NCBI GenBank assembly: GCA_045587325.1 | Contig: JAZNBY010000181.1 | Coordinates: 3,265 to 67,264, forward strand | Source: Lachnospiraceae bacterium | GTDB lineage: Bacteria > Bacillota > Clostridia > Lachnospirales > Lachnospiraceae | DNA length: 64,000 nt | Direction: 5' to 3' | Notes under the pieces: model-generated | What the model was told of the DNA's origin: nothing | The model's database searches: none | What the model saw: the letters and a program-made list of their open reading frames with translations, nothing else | Shown here: piece by piece, positions 50,155 to 58,469 of the stretch | Layout of the letters: every line of letters starts with the position of its first letter | How positions within the stretch are numbered: the stretch's first letter is position 1 | Translations under genes and position numbers: made by a program

Positions 50155-50812
50155 AAAGGCGAGAAATCTCCGGTACCGGAAAGCGATTGTAAAAGACCTT
50201 AATTTGCTTGAAATCCGCATAGGCCTTGATGATATCATATCGGAATGCTACGATGTGCAGTATTTTGTTGATGATGATAGCGAGACTCTTCTTAATGCCC
50301 TTGACGGGGATGAGGATGATGCTTATGAGTTCCGGATGATGTTCTCCGACCTTGTTGCGGAATGTGAGCAGATGCGTGAAGACCTTGAAAATGAGTATGT
50401 TCCTGAATGCTTCGACAGCCTTTTTACCGCAGTCAGCACCGACGAGCCGGTTCTTGGCTATGACGCTTATGAGGGTGATTACTTTGGACTTGGTTCCCGT
50501 TATGAGGAAGAGCTTGCCCGGAAAGAAGCACGGAAAAAGATTATGCATCTTACCAAGGAGCAGCTGCTTGAAGGCGCACAGATTTGTTTCCGCATTTATC
50601 AAGCATATATCGGTATCAGACACCGGTATGATTGTATTAAGGCAGCACTTGACATTCTCCGGAACGAAAATACCGGGTACCTTCAGATGATCCGTCGCAT
50701 CGATGATGAATATGAGAATGCGGAAAAGGAGGGTTTTGAGTTCTGTGGCCGTGCCGTTCGGTTATTTGACAATTTGACTGCTGCTCTCCCGCAAGCAGCA
50801 TGGGTTCAGTAA
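50129..50812 (+). CDS. Hypothetical acidic protein, 227 aa
   Basis: RBS AAGGAGGG. Last gene before the terminator. Confidence 0.55.
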   Translation: MKSEEMKREKARNLRYRKAIVKDLNLLEIRIGLDDIISECYDVQYFVDDDSETLLNALDGDEDDAYEFRMMFSDLVAECEQMREDLENEYVPECFDSLFTAVSTDEPVLGYDAYEGDYFGLGSRYEEELARKEARKKIMHLTKEQLLEGAQICFRIYQAYIGIRHRYDCIKAALDILRNENTGYLQMIRRIDDEYENAEKEGFEFCGRAVRLFDNLTAALPQAAWVQ

Positions 50813-50823
50813 AGATACTAAGT

Positions 50824-50855
50824 AAAAGAGTAGGTTACAACAACCTACTCTTTTT
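50824..50855. terminator. Bidirectional terminator
   Basis: AAAAGAGTAGGTT ACAAC AACCTACTCTTTT, 13-bp perfect stem. Confidence 0.8.
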
Positions 50856-50926
50856 ACCGCCTATTTTCGTTTTTAAGGCGTTATGTATTCTTACCTTGCC
50901 ACCGTCCATCTTTTTGTGTTTTCGTG

Positions 50927-50956
50927 TCTGTATAAGGACGCCAGACGCCTTCTCGC
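50927..50956 (-). other. Non-coding footprint homologous to the 3' end of the QueG-like gene
   Basis: TCTGTATAAGGACGCCAGACGCCTTCTCGC versus TCTGTATGAGGACGCTGGACGGCTTCTCGC at 51859..51888 (26 of 30 identical). Confidence 0.5.
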
Positions 50957-50987
50957 ACGCCTTATGCATTGTTTAAGCAAGAACATA

Positions 50988-51770
50988 TCAAATTTGCTCC
51001 AAAACGCGTTTCATATCTTCCGGTAATTTTCTTTTTGCCTCTTCCTTAATGTCTTCCGGTATTACATAAAATGCTTCTGCTACACTTGCTGCTATAGCGG
51101 TCAATGTATCACAGTCTCCACCGAGGGATACCGCAGTTCTCACAACATCCTCAAAACTTTCCCCTTCAAGAAAAGCTATCAGCGCAGGCGGAACCGTTTC
51201 GTGGCACTTCTCCGTATGACGGTACCATGGACGGATATTGTCGCAAGTATCTTCAAGATCATATCGAAACTCCATCTCTATATACTCTTTGATTTCTTCC
51301 TTCGTTTTTCCTGTGCGTGCGAGAAATATTGCGCTTGCTATTGCCTCTGCCCCTTTAATTCCTTCCGGGTGGTTATGCGTTACTTCAGCTGTTGCTTTTG
51401 CCACTTCTCTTGTTCTCTCAATCGTGTCATATAACCAACCGACGGCGGATACTCTCATCGCAGAACCGTTTCCAAAACTGTAATATGGTTCCGGATTCTC
51501 TGTATTAAGCCATTTGTAGAAATTTCCGCCATAGCCGGAATTAGGATATTTTCTGCCCCACTCTCTCATGCTTTGGGTTACATGGTTACTAATTTCCAGT
51601 ATGTCAGCTTGCTTTCCTACTGTCAGAAGCGCCTCCGCTACTGCCACCGTCATAACCGAATCATCCGTGAATACAGATGCCTCGCAGAACATATTGAACT
51701 CTTTTGATTTTTTCCCGTGGTCAAATTCGTATGGACTTCCAATAATATCGCCTATTACTGCTCCGTACAT
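50988..51770 (-). CDS. ADP-ribosylglycohydrolase family protein
   Basis: MYGAVIGDIIGSPYEFD, FTDDSVMTVAVAEAL and C-terminal SLGGDCDTLTAIAASVAEAF fit the ARH/DraG-family pattern. Confidence 0.85.
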   Translation of the reverse strand: MYGAVIGDIIGSPYEFDHGKKSKEFNMFCEASVFTDDSVMTVAVAEALLTVGKQADILEISNHVTQSMREWGRKYPNSGYGGNFYKWLNTENPEPYYSFGNGSAMRVSAVGWLYDTIERTREVAKATAEVTHNHPEGIKGAEAIASAIFLARTGKTKEEIKEYIEMEFRYDLEDTCDNIRPWYRHTEKCHETVPPALIAFLEGESFEDVVRTAVSLGGDCDTLTAIAASVAEAFYVIPEDIKEEAKRKLPEDMKRVLEQI

Positions 51771-51830
51771 TCCATCACCCTTTCTTCCCTTTCTAATTTG
51801 CCTCAGAATCGATTTTCCCTATTAGCCCTA

Positions 51831-52499
51831 TCAACTATTGCCCTCTTCCTTTATCGCCTCTGTATGAGGACGCTGGACGGCTTCTCGCATGTCAGAATTA
51901 TTCCACGGACAAACATCCTGGCATTTGCTACACATCGGAAGTGTTTGAAGTACCTTCTGCCCCTTCTCGATATATGTGCAGTTGCACTTAGGTCCATCTA
52001 CTTTGTATGGCTCCAGACAGTTTCCCGGACAACTGAGGATACATAATTTACAATCCCCGCAAGGAGAAAAGTCTTTTAGTGGTTCTCCGTACTCCTCCGG
52101 TACATAGTCAGTAAGGACGCAGGCAAAGCGAAGTCTGGTTCCGTACTTTGGATTTATGATAAGAGCATTTTTCCCGTACACTCCTACCCCGCTTAAGACA
52201 CAAGCGTTTTTTATACTGATTCCGACCGTTACTTTTGCCTTGTAGCCCTGTTCCTTTAACTCAACGGCTATCTCTTTTGCTTTTTCGCGAGATGCTTTGT
52301 AGCTTGGAAAATCGTCTGCTATAATTCCCTTCTTGCATACATCCGTTTCATTTGTCTCAGGATTTCCTACGACATACACCGTTTTTGCTCCCGGAAGAAG
52401 ATGAGCACATTTCTTTCCAGCCTCATACTTCTTAACTCTGCATTTCACATCAATACGGTCAAGGTCTTCGGCTCTGCAAGTAGCTATTACATATTCCAT
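51831..52499 (-). CDS. 4Fe-4S protein related to the C-terminal half of epoxyqueuosine reductase QueG
   Basis: GVGVYGKNALIINPKYGTRLRFACVLTD, CGDCKLCILSCP and CSKCQDVCPWN fit the QueG-like double-cluster pattern. At 222 aa it is shorter than full QueG. Confidence 0.6.
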   Translation of the reverse strand: MEYVIATCRAEDLDRIDVKCRVKKYEAGKKCAHLLPGAKTVYVVGNPETNETDVCKKGIIADDFPSYKASREKAKEIAVELKEQGYKAKVTVGISIKNACVLSGVGVYGKNALIINPKYGTRLRFACVLTDYVPEEYGEPLKDFSPCGDCKLCILSCPGNCLEPYKVDGPKCNCTYIEKGQKVLQTLPMCSKCQDVCPWNNSDMREAVQRPHTEAIKEEGNS

Positions 52500-52504
52500 C
52501 TTTA

Positions 52505-53380
52505 CTACTCCTCTATGTCAGTTTTGGCTGCTATTGTAATATCATCTACCGGAATAGTGACAATCTCATACTCTCTCTCATTCTTTACACGAACCACATT
52601 ATCAAACGGCATGCTTTGTCCTGTTGTTGCATGGTCACACATGTAAAAGACGCGGATTTCTTCCAACTCATCAATCATTTTACGGTACCGCTCAATTTCC
52701 AGCGCGTGAAGCTCGCTCTCGCAAAGAATTAGCAATGTGCCTTTTACCCGGTCTCCTTTTACAGAATTCCGCAGCACCTCACTGGCATGCATTCCTGCTT
52801 CGATGCCTTTGCGGATAGTAATAACATTTAGGGTTACTCTCTTACCTTCGCTGGTAAAGGATACAGAACCATCAATGGCATCACTATCCTTGCAGTAGTA
52901 TCCGGTCATAATACCGTGATATTTTTGATTGACTGCAATATGAAATTGATTAAAGGCAAGGTACGAGTATGCCGTGCGGCTTAGTAATTCAATATTGCCA
53001 TCGTTGAAAATATTATCTGCCAGAGTGTAGATATATGACGAACGGTGTTCTTTTTCGAATGCATCTGTATACGCAACACGAAATCTCGTGATTACTCTCC
53101 CTTTCGTCATTCTTGAAAGGATTTGTTTTACAGATGCCTTCGGGTACCCGATATCACGCTCCAGTATCGTTCCTATCATGGCAGCATTAAGGAATGTGTA
53201 TCTTTGCAGTGATTCGATAATCAATAATTCCGGCTCTTTTAAAAACTGCTTTGTTATTTTTGCTTTCAGTCCGCCTCTTCGTTCTGCACGGTCATATACG
53301 ATCCGGTCCGTGTCTCTGCTTGCAAATGGCGTCGTTTTTGTATTAAACACAAGCGGTACATCATCTAAAATTTCATCCAT
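52505..53380 (-). CDS. Replication-relaxation-family-like protein (winged-helix N-terminus), 291 aa
   Basis: LLIIESLQRYTFLNAAMIGTIL...VKQILSRMTKGRVITRFR. Directly downstream of the coupling-protein gene, a typical position for this family. Confidence 0.5.
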   Translation of the reverse strand: MDEILDDVPLVFNTKTTPFASRDTDRIVYDRAERRGGLKAKITKQFLKEPELLIIESLQRYTFLNAAMIGTILERDIGYPKASVKQILSRMTKGRVITRFRVAYTDAFEKEHRSSYIYTLADNIFNDGNIELLSRTAYSYLAFNQFHIAVNQKYHGIMTGYYCKDSDAIDGSVSFTSEGKRVTLNVITIRKGIEAGMHASEVLRNSVKGDRVKGTLLILCESELHALEIERYRKMIDELEEIRVFYMCDHATTGQSMPFDNVVRVKNEREYEIVTIPVDDITIAAKTDIEE

Positions 53381-53383
53381 ACT

Positions 53384-56047
53384 CTAAAAACTCTCCCATT
53401 CATCATCATTTCCATCACTACCGAAGCTGACTGGTTCATCCGGCGTATCATCTTCTCCGGTAATATCTTCTACTCCTTCGTCCGGTTCGGTATAAACATC
53501 ATTAGTTTCCGTGACATTGGATTCTGCCGGGCCTGCCGCAAACAGCGGTACATCCAGGTCTAACATAACCTCTACCCCGTCCTCTTCCGTCACATGGTAA
53601 TCCTTGATGCTTGTTACTGCACCACCTTTTTGGTATCCTACCACATCCTTTTCGTCATCCGAAACAGGAGCTAAGGAACTGTCAAAATACCGGTGCCAGT
53701 TCACACGGAAACGGCTCATGTGTGGATTGTATCCTCTCGGAAGGAAATTTGTTTTGCCGAGGAACGGCTCCAGTGGCGTAGAGTTCTTTGCGGAGAATAC
53801 TGTACATTCAAGAAACTCTCTGTAGCGAACATCGTCTGTGGAAATACGCTCGTTCTGCTCCAACTCAAAACTGTGTGTATATTGCTGAGCGGTGTTCTCT
53901 TCCGTGAGTGCATTTTCACGCACGCTTTCCTTTTCTTCGAGTTCCCACTTGTAACCGGAGAGTTTTTCGTAAAATTCCATATCCTCTCGCGATGCACGAC
54001 CAAAGATAATTTGATGCGCACAGTTGCCGGTAAGCACATTCTTTAAATACCGTGTAGTATCGTTCTTTTCATACTGCGTAAGAGACTGCATGAATAAAAG
54101 CATTGCCACATTGTACTGACGGAACAGCGTTGTACTGAGTTCCAGGCGCGGATGGAAAAGCATAGGCGCTTCATCGATACAGAAGAAGTGAGGCAATCTT
54201 GTTTTCAGCGTTCCCGGACGGCGCAATACAGCCTGGATGAAGGAAAGCATGAAGAACATACCGAATCCCGTAGAATCAGAACCAAGACTGATTTCAAAAT
54301 TGACAAGTGTAAGCTCTCCCATCTCCAACGCACGGTCAATATTGAGCGTTTTCTTTGCGCAGAGAATGTTACGGATGCGCGGGTTCATTAAGGACTCGTC
54401 AATGATATTTCTCAAACCAGTTGCCTGCTCGTTGATTTTTAGTGAGTTCGGTCCGAGAAAATCACGGTCAATACGGTCAATGATGAACTGTAAGTTCGGG
54501 CCGACATCTACGCTTCCTGCCGTTTTTACCACTCTTCCGACTTCGTTTGTCTTGCCGTATTTTTCGATCAATGCGTCACGGTAAGGCTCGATGAGTTTGA
54601 AGTCGTTGATTACTTCCTGTACATGACCGATGGTTGCATATTCTCCCGGATGAATTAACGGATATGCGATGATTACGGTTACTGCGGCTGTGACAGAAAG
54701 GTTTTTATTTAAGCCCGTGAAGTACGGGTCTCCTTTACCGGATAATTCGAAGATTGCTTGGTTTACATCCGCATACAGCTTTGCAGCTGTAAATACACGG
54801 AACATATAGCTATCTTCTTCCTCTCCGTCTATAAGCGGAACATAAATCGGGGAAAATCCTACGAAGTCCTCTTTAAAATTTCCATCTGCATCTACGCACG
54901 GATCCACACGGTTTATGCGAAGCCCTTTTGCCTTTGCCTTCTCATAAAGTTCATCGCAGAAAGCCTCGTTCGGACACATGAATGTAATTCCGGCATTTTT
55001 AGCCTTGTATTTAAGTGTTTCAAGGTATTTTTCAATCTTTTCGTACTCTTTTTCTTTAAGCCCCGGTACCGGCTTTATGAAGTCGATATTGAAATCAATG
55101 TCCTCAAAATCACATGTTATATAGACTTTTTTCTTGTCTATCAGCTTCTTTACTTGCTTTTTCTGATAGTCAATATTATGTACCTTCTGTCTAAGGTCCG
55201 CTTCGTATGCTACGGTACCTATGGTTGCCGTCTTACCACCACCGGTAGAACCAACGCCTTTACTGTGTAGGCGTCTGTCTTCTTCGTAAATACGATGCAT
55301 TTTACCGGTATGGAGATTGCGTACAATGCACATATCGTAAGAAAACTTTCTTTGCCACGGCATATCCGGGAGTAGTCTTGCGATACGGAACCGCACGATT
55401 TTTCGATACATTATTTTCTCACAGATATTCCGTCTTGCTCTTATGCAGATAGCCAGCAGAACAAACAATAATATTGCTCCGGTAAAGGCATAGTAGCTGA
55501 GTACCACTATTATCGGCTTTAAGGAGCCGCTTGTCGGTATTGAGAAGAATATCAGCCTCATTAGCCTCATGATTGCAATTCTAAAGCATCCAAAGGTCAG
55601 TAGTATCCAGTTCAACAAACACACACCAAATGTAAAAAACTTTATCCGGTAGTAGTTGAAAGCATCGTACTTCGTAGACCACATCCATACCAAGAACGGT
55701 ATTGCGCTTTCTATGGCCACGAGAAGAGGTTGGTTTCTCAGCCGTATAGTTGTATTGACAGCAAAAAAGTCGATTATTCCTGTTGTCACGACAAATGCGA
55801 GATTTGCCAGGATGAGAAAGTAACACAGGATAATGAGTATCTCGTTTTTAAAGCGTTTGGTGTCTCGTTTAATGAGGTTCCAGAAACGCTTCATCGAGCC
55901 TTCTTTGTACTCTTCTTCTTCCCTGCGCTTATCTTCTGCGGCTCTTTCCTCTGCGGCTGCTGCTCTGACCGCCCTTTTTTCTAAACTTTCTGTATCTAGG
56001 GCGTCATACGCATCTATTTCAGCAAATTGGTTAAATTCTTCGTCCAT
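53384..56047 (-). CDS. virD4: Type IV coupling protein (VirD4/TraG/TcpA-class)
   Basis: N-terminal TM helices. Walker A GVGSTGGGKTAT, Walker B-like HFFCIDEAPMLF. LLFMQSLTQ. Acidic tails at both ends. Confidence 0.85.
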   Translation of the reverse strand: MDEEFNQFAEIDAYDALDTESLEKRAVRAAAAEERAAEDKRREEEEYKEGSMKRFWNLIKRDTKRFKNEILIILCYFLILANLAFVVTTGIIDFFAVNTTIRLRNQPLLVAIESAIPFLVWMWSTKYDAFNYYRIKFFTFGVCLLNWILLTFGCFRIAIMRLMRLIFFSIPTSGSLKPIIVVLSYYAFTGAILLFVLLAICIRARRNICEKIMYRKIVRFRIARLLPDMPWQRKFSYDMCIVRNLHTGKMHRIYEEDRRLHSKGVGSTGGGKTATIGTVAYEADLRQKVHNIDYQKKQVKKLIDKKKVYITCDFEDIDFNIDFIKPVPGLKEKEYEKIEKYLETLKYKAKNAGITFMCPNEAFCDELYEKAKAKGLRINRVDPCVDADGNFKEDFVGFSPIYVPLIDGEEEDSYMFRVFTAAKLYADVNQAIFELSGKGDPYFTGLNKNLSVTAAVTVIIAYPLIHPGEYATIGHVQEVINDFKLIEPYRDALIEKYGKTNEVGRVVKTAGSVDVGPNLQFIIDRIDRDFLGPNSLKINEQATGLRNIIDESLMNPRIRNILCAKKTLNIDRALEMGELTLVNFEISLGSDSTGFGMFFMLSFIQAVLRRPGTLKTRLPHFFCIDEAPMLFHPRLELSTTLFRQYNVAMLLFMQSLTQYEKNDTTRYLKNVLTGNCAHQIIFGRASREDMEFYEKLSGYKWELEEKESVRENALTEENTAQQYTHSFELEQNERISTDDVRYREFLECTVFSAKNSTPLEPFLGKTNFLPRGYNPHMSRFRVNWHRYFDSSLAPVSDDEKDVVGYQKGGAVTSIKDYHVTEEDGVEVMLDLDVPLFAAGPAESNVTETNDVYTEPDEGVEDITGEDDTPDEPVSFGSDGNDDEWESF

Positions 56048-56149
56048 AAGAATCCCCCTGTTCTATCATCTGACTTCTATTGTGCCGAAACAACGAGGTA
56101 TTAGTCAAGTATTTTTTGATAATTATTTTCGTTTTTCTCTTATTCTGTG

Positions 56150-56700
56150 TTTAAATGATTTTTAAAGTGTTTTCTTGTGTTATAAAGTCCTTTTGTTTTT
56201 TCCCGGGAAACTCTTCTCTTTGGGTTATTAACTGTTTAAATGCCTTTATTACCATTTGCATATGTTTCTAACATTGAATAAGTTGAAAAACATTTAAAAG
56301 CAATCTAATGTTTTCTTATATATTATAAAGTGTTTTAATATGTTCTTATGTGTATTTTAGTCTTTTGTTATGTATGAAAGTGTATAATACTCTTTTAAAG
56401 TGTTCTTTACCCTTTATTATATTATTTTATTTATTTATGCTTTTTAAATGTTGTATTGTCTTTAAATGTGTTTTGAAACTTTTTCCCGTTTTTTTAAAGC
56501 TTAAATACCCTTATAAATATTTTTAAAGGCTTTTCTGTTTTAAAAAGTGTTTAATAAATTTATAATACTTTTAAAAGCGTATTGCAATTTATAAAACGCT
56601 ATGCTATAATTAATAAACAATGAAACCCAAATTAACGCATAAATATGTTTTTTTATGTTTCGATGTTTTTATTTCCGTTTTAAAGAGTTTTATTATTATT
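56150..56700. repeat. AT-rich non-coding region with about a dozen TTTAAA(G/T)GTGTT-like repeats (candidate centromere, oriT or oriV)
   Basis: Best copies: TTTAAAGTGTTTT 56161, TATAAAGTGTTTT 56324, TTTAAAGTGTTCT 56394, TTTAAATGTGTTTT 56461, TAAAAAGTGTTTA 56541. Several weaker TTTAAA copies. Confidence 0.6.
56582..56610 (+). promoter_or_regulatory. parA promoter
   Basis: TTGCAA, 17-nt spacer, TATAAT. Confidence 0.65.
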
Positions 56701-56736
56701 TAAACACTTAATAACAATATTGAAAGGAGAAAGAAG

Positions 56737-57591
56737 ATGCATTTAAAAAAGAAAACAAAAGTAGTAGCTGTTTCAAATGTAAAAGGTGGCGTTTCGAAAA
56801 CAACCACAACTTGGGCCCTTGCCCATGCCTTGAATAAGAGAGGGTATAAAGTCCTTATGATTGATTCTGATCCGCAGATGAACCTTTCCCTCTGTTTTAT
56901 TGATGAAAATGACATTGATGATATAGATGATGATTTAAGCAGCTCCAAAAAGGACAGTGATGTAGGATATCCATGTCTCATACAGCTTTATGATACGGAT
57001 AAGCATAAAACGATTAAAGAATTAGCGGGACATGTTCCTGGCGCACCTGGATTAGACATTATTCTTGGTTGTTTTGAACTGTGTGATGCAGATGTTCAAT
57101 ATTCAGGGCCGGGTATTTACGATATGCTAAAGGATTCCATTGAAGAGCTTGGTGATGGTGTATATGATTTCATTATAGTTGATACGCCACCGAACCTCGG
57201 AATACTCACCTTAAATGCTTTTGTGGCATGTGATTGTATATTGGCGCCTATGACTGCCGACTCTTTTTCCTTAAGAGCTCTCCGTCTTCTCAAGCGTTCC
57301 ATTGGAATCGTAGAGAAATATGTAAAAAAGGAAGTACCGGTTATCGGACTTTTGGTAACACGCTATGCGGAGAGAACAAGATTGTCTAAAACCATTGAAA
57401 CGAATATACAGAATGCGGCTATGCGTTTAAATACTTCTGTATTTAATACAAGAATTAGAGTTAATGCGAAAGTGTCTGAAAGCCAGCAGGTTAAACGAAG
57501 TATCTTTGAATACGCGCCTGATTCAAATGGTTCTATTGATTATGAGCAGTTTACGGACGAATTTTTAGAAAGGATGAAGAAATATGAGTAG
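56737..57591 (+). CDS. parA: ParA/Soj-family partition ATPase
   Basis: Deviant Walker A VSNVKGGVSKTTT. IIVDTPPNLG. Confidence 0.9.
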   Translation: MHLKKKTKVVAVSNVKGGVSKTTTTWALAHALNKRGYKVLMIDSDPQMNLSLCFIDENDIDDIDDDLSSSKKDSDVGYPCLIQLYDTDKHKTIKELAGHVPGAPGLDIILGCFELCDADVQYSGPGIYDMLKDSIEELGDGVYDFIIVDTPPNLGILTLNAFVACDCILAPMTADSFSLRALRLLKRSIGIVEKYVKKEVPVIGLLVTRYAERTRLSKTIETNIQNAAMRLNTSVFNTRIRVNAKVSESQQVKRSIFEYAPDSNGSIDYEQFTDEFLERMKKYE

Positions 57592-58135
57592 AGGTCGAGG
57601 TCTGGAAGGTTTGATGGAAGCAGCTGCTAAGCAGAACGAAATGTTTAACGGCGAAACTAAGGAGAAGGGAAAAACATTAAATTCTCTTTTTGCCGGCAAC
57701 CCAAGTGCTTCCGATGAAGAGGGTTTGAATAACGAATCGCATAATAATAAGGAAGAAACAGCTTCGCTTGGCGAAGTAAAGACCGTGAGTGATGCTGCCG
57801 ACACGCCGATAATGAACCCGCCGGTAGTTTCTGTTGAAGCCGAAGATGAAGTAGAGATAAAGGAAAAAACAAAGACCGAAACACGCTCTGCTGAAAAAAA
57901 GACTAAGAATCCTAGTAAGAAGAAGGTTTCCGGCAAAGAAAGAACCTTGTCAGAGTACGGAAATGTTATAGGACGCCCTCGCTACGAAGACAAGGGGCTT
58001 GAAAAAAAGAAGCAGTATTCCATCTCTCTTTCTCAGTCCACATACGAGGAGATTAATAAGATTGCTATCGAAGAGGACAGACCGTTCTCTAAGATTGTTG
58101 AATATGCGCTTTTGGATTATTTAAAGAAAAGATAA
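57584..58135 (+). CDS. Partition partner with disordered N-terminus and C-terminal ribbon-helix-helix (ParG-like centromere binder)
   Basis: Overlaps the parA stop. C-terminus KKKQYSISLSQSTYEEINKIAIEEDRPFSKIVEYALLDYL. Confidence 0.6.
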   Translation: MSRGRGLEGLMEAAAKQNEMFNGETKEKGKTLNSLFAGNPSASDEEGLNNESHNNKEETASLGEVKTVSDAADTPIMNPPVVSVEAEDEVEIKEKTKTETRSAEKKTKNPSKKKVSGKERTLSEYGNVIGRPRYEDKGLEKKKQYSISLSQSTYEEINKIAIEEDRPFSKIVEYALLDYLKKR

Positions 58136-58138
58136 TTT

Positions 58139-58160
58139 TTAATGTGTTTAAAAGTGTTTT
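58139..58160. repeat. Two more AA(T/A)GTGTTT repeat copies downstream of the par operon
   Basis: TTAATGTGTTTAAAAGTGTTTT. Confidence 0.55.
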
Positions 58161-58180
58161 AAAATGGCAATATGTTATTA

Positions 58181-58209
58181 AACAGGGCATCTGCCCTGTT
58201 TAATTTTTT
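58181..58209 (+). terminator. Terminator of par operon
   Basis: AACAGGGCA TC TGCCCTGTT, then TAATTTTTT. Confidence 0.65.
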
Positions 58210-58212
58210 CTA

Positions 58213-58254
58213 TTGACATTTATTTTTGAATCTGTTAGTATTTAATTGTATAAT
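58213..58254 (+). promoter_or_regulatory. Two overlapping promoter candidates upstream of primase
   Basis: TTGACA-17-TAGTAT (58213..58241) and TTGAAT-17-TATAAT (58226..58254). Confidence 0.6.
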
Positions 58255-58469
58255 TTTTTAATTTAATAGCGCTGGATGATTTCAGCACTACGCACTTGAT
58301 ATGAAAATGCAATTGTTCGGTTATGCCGGATTTATTTCGCGTTGTCATATCTTTTTTTATTTCCCCGGAGCCTTAGCCGGTGACGGGAACTATAAATGCC
58401 GCAGGTCGGCATATCGGCCATACGCAATGTGCGTATTGGTACTATTAAACGAAAAGGAGGCCGCTTCTT

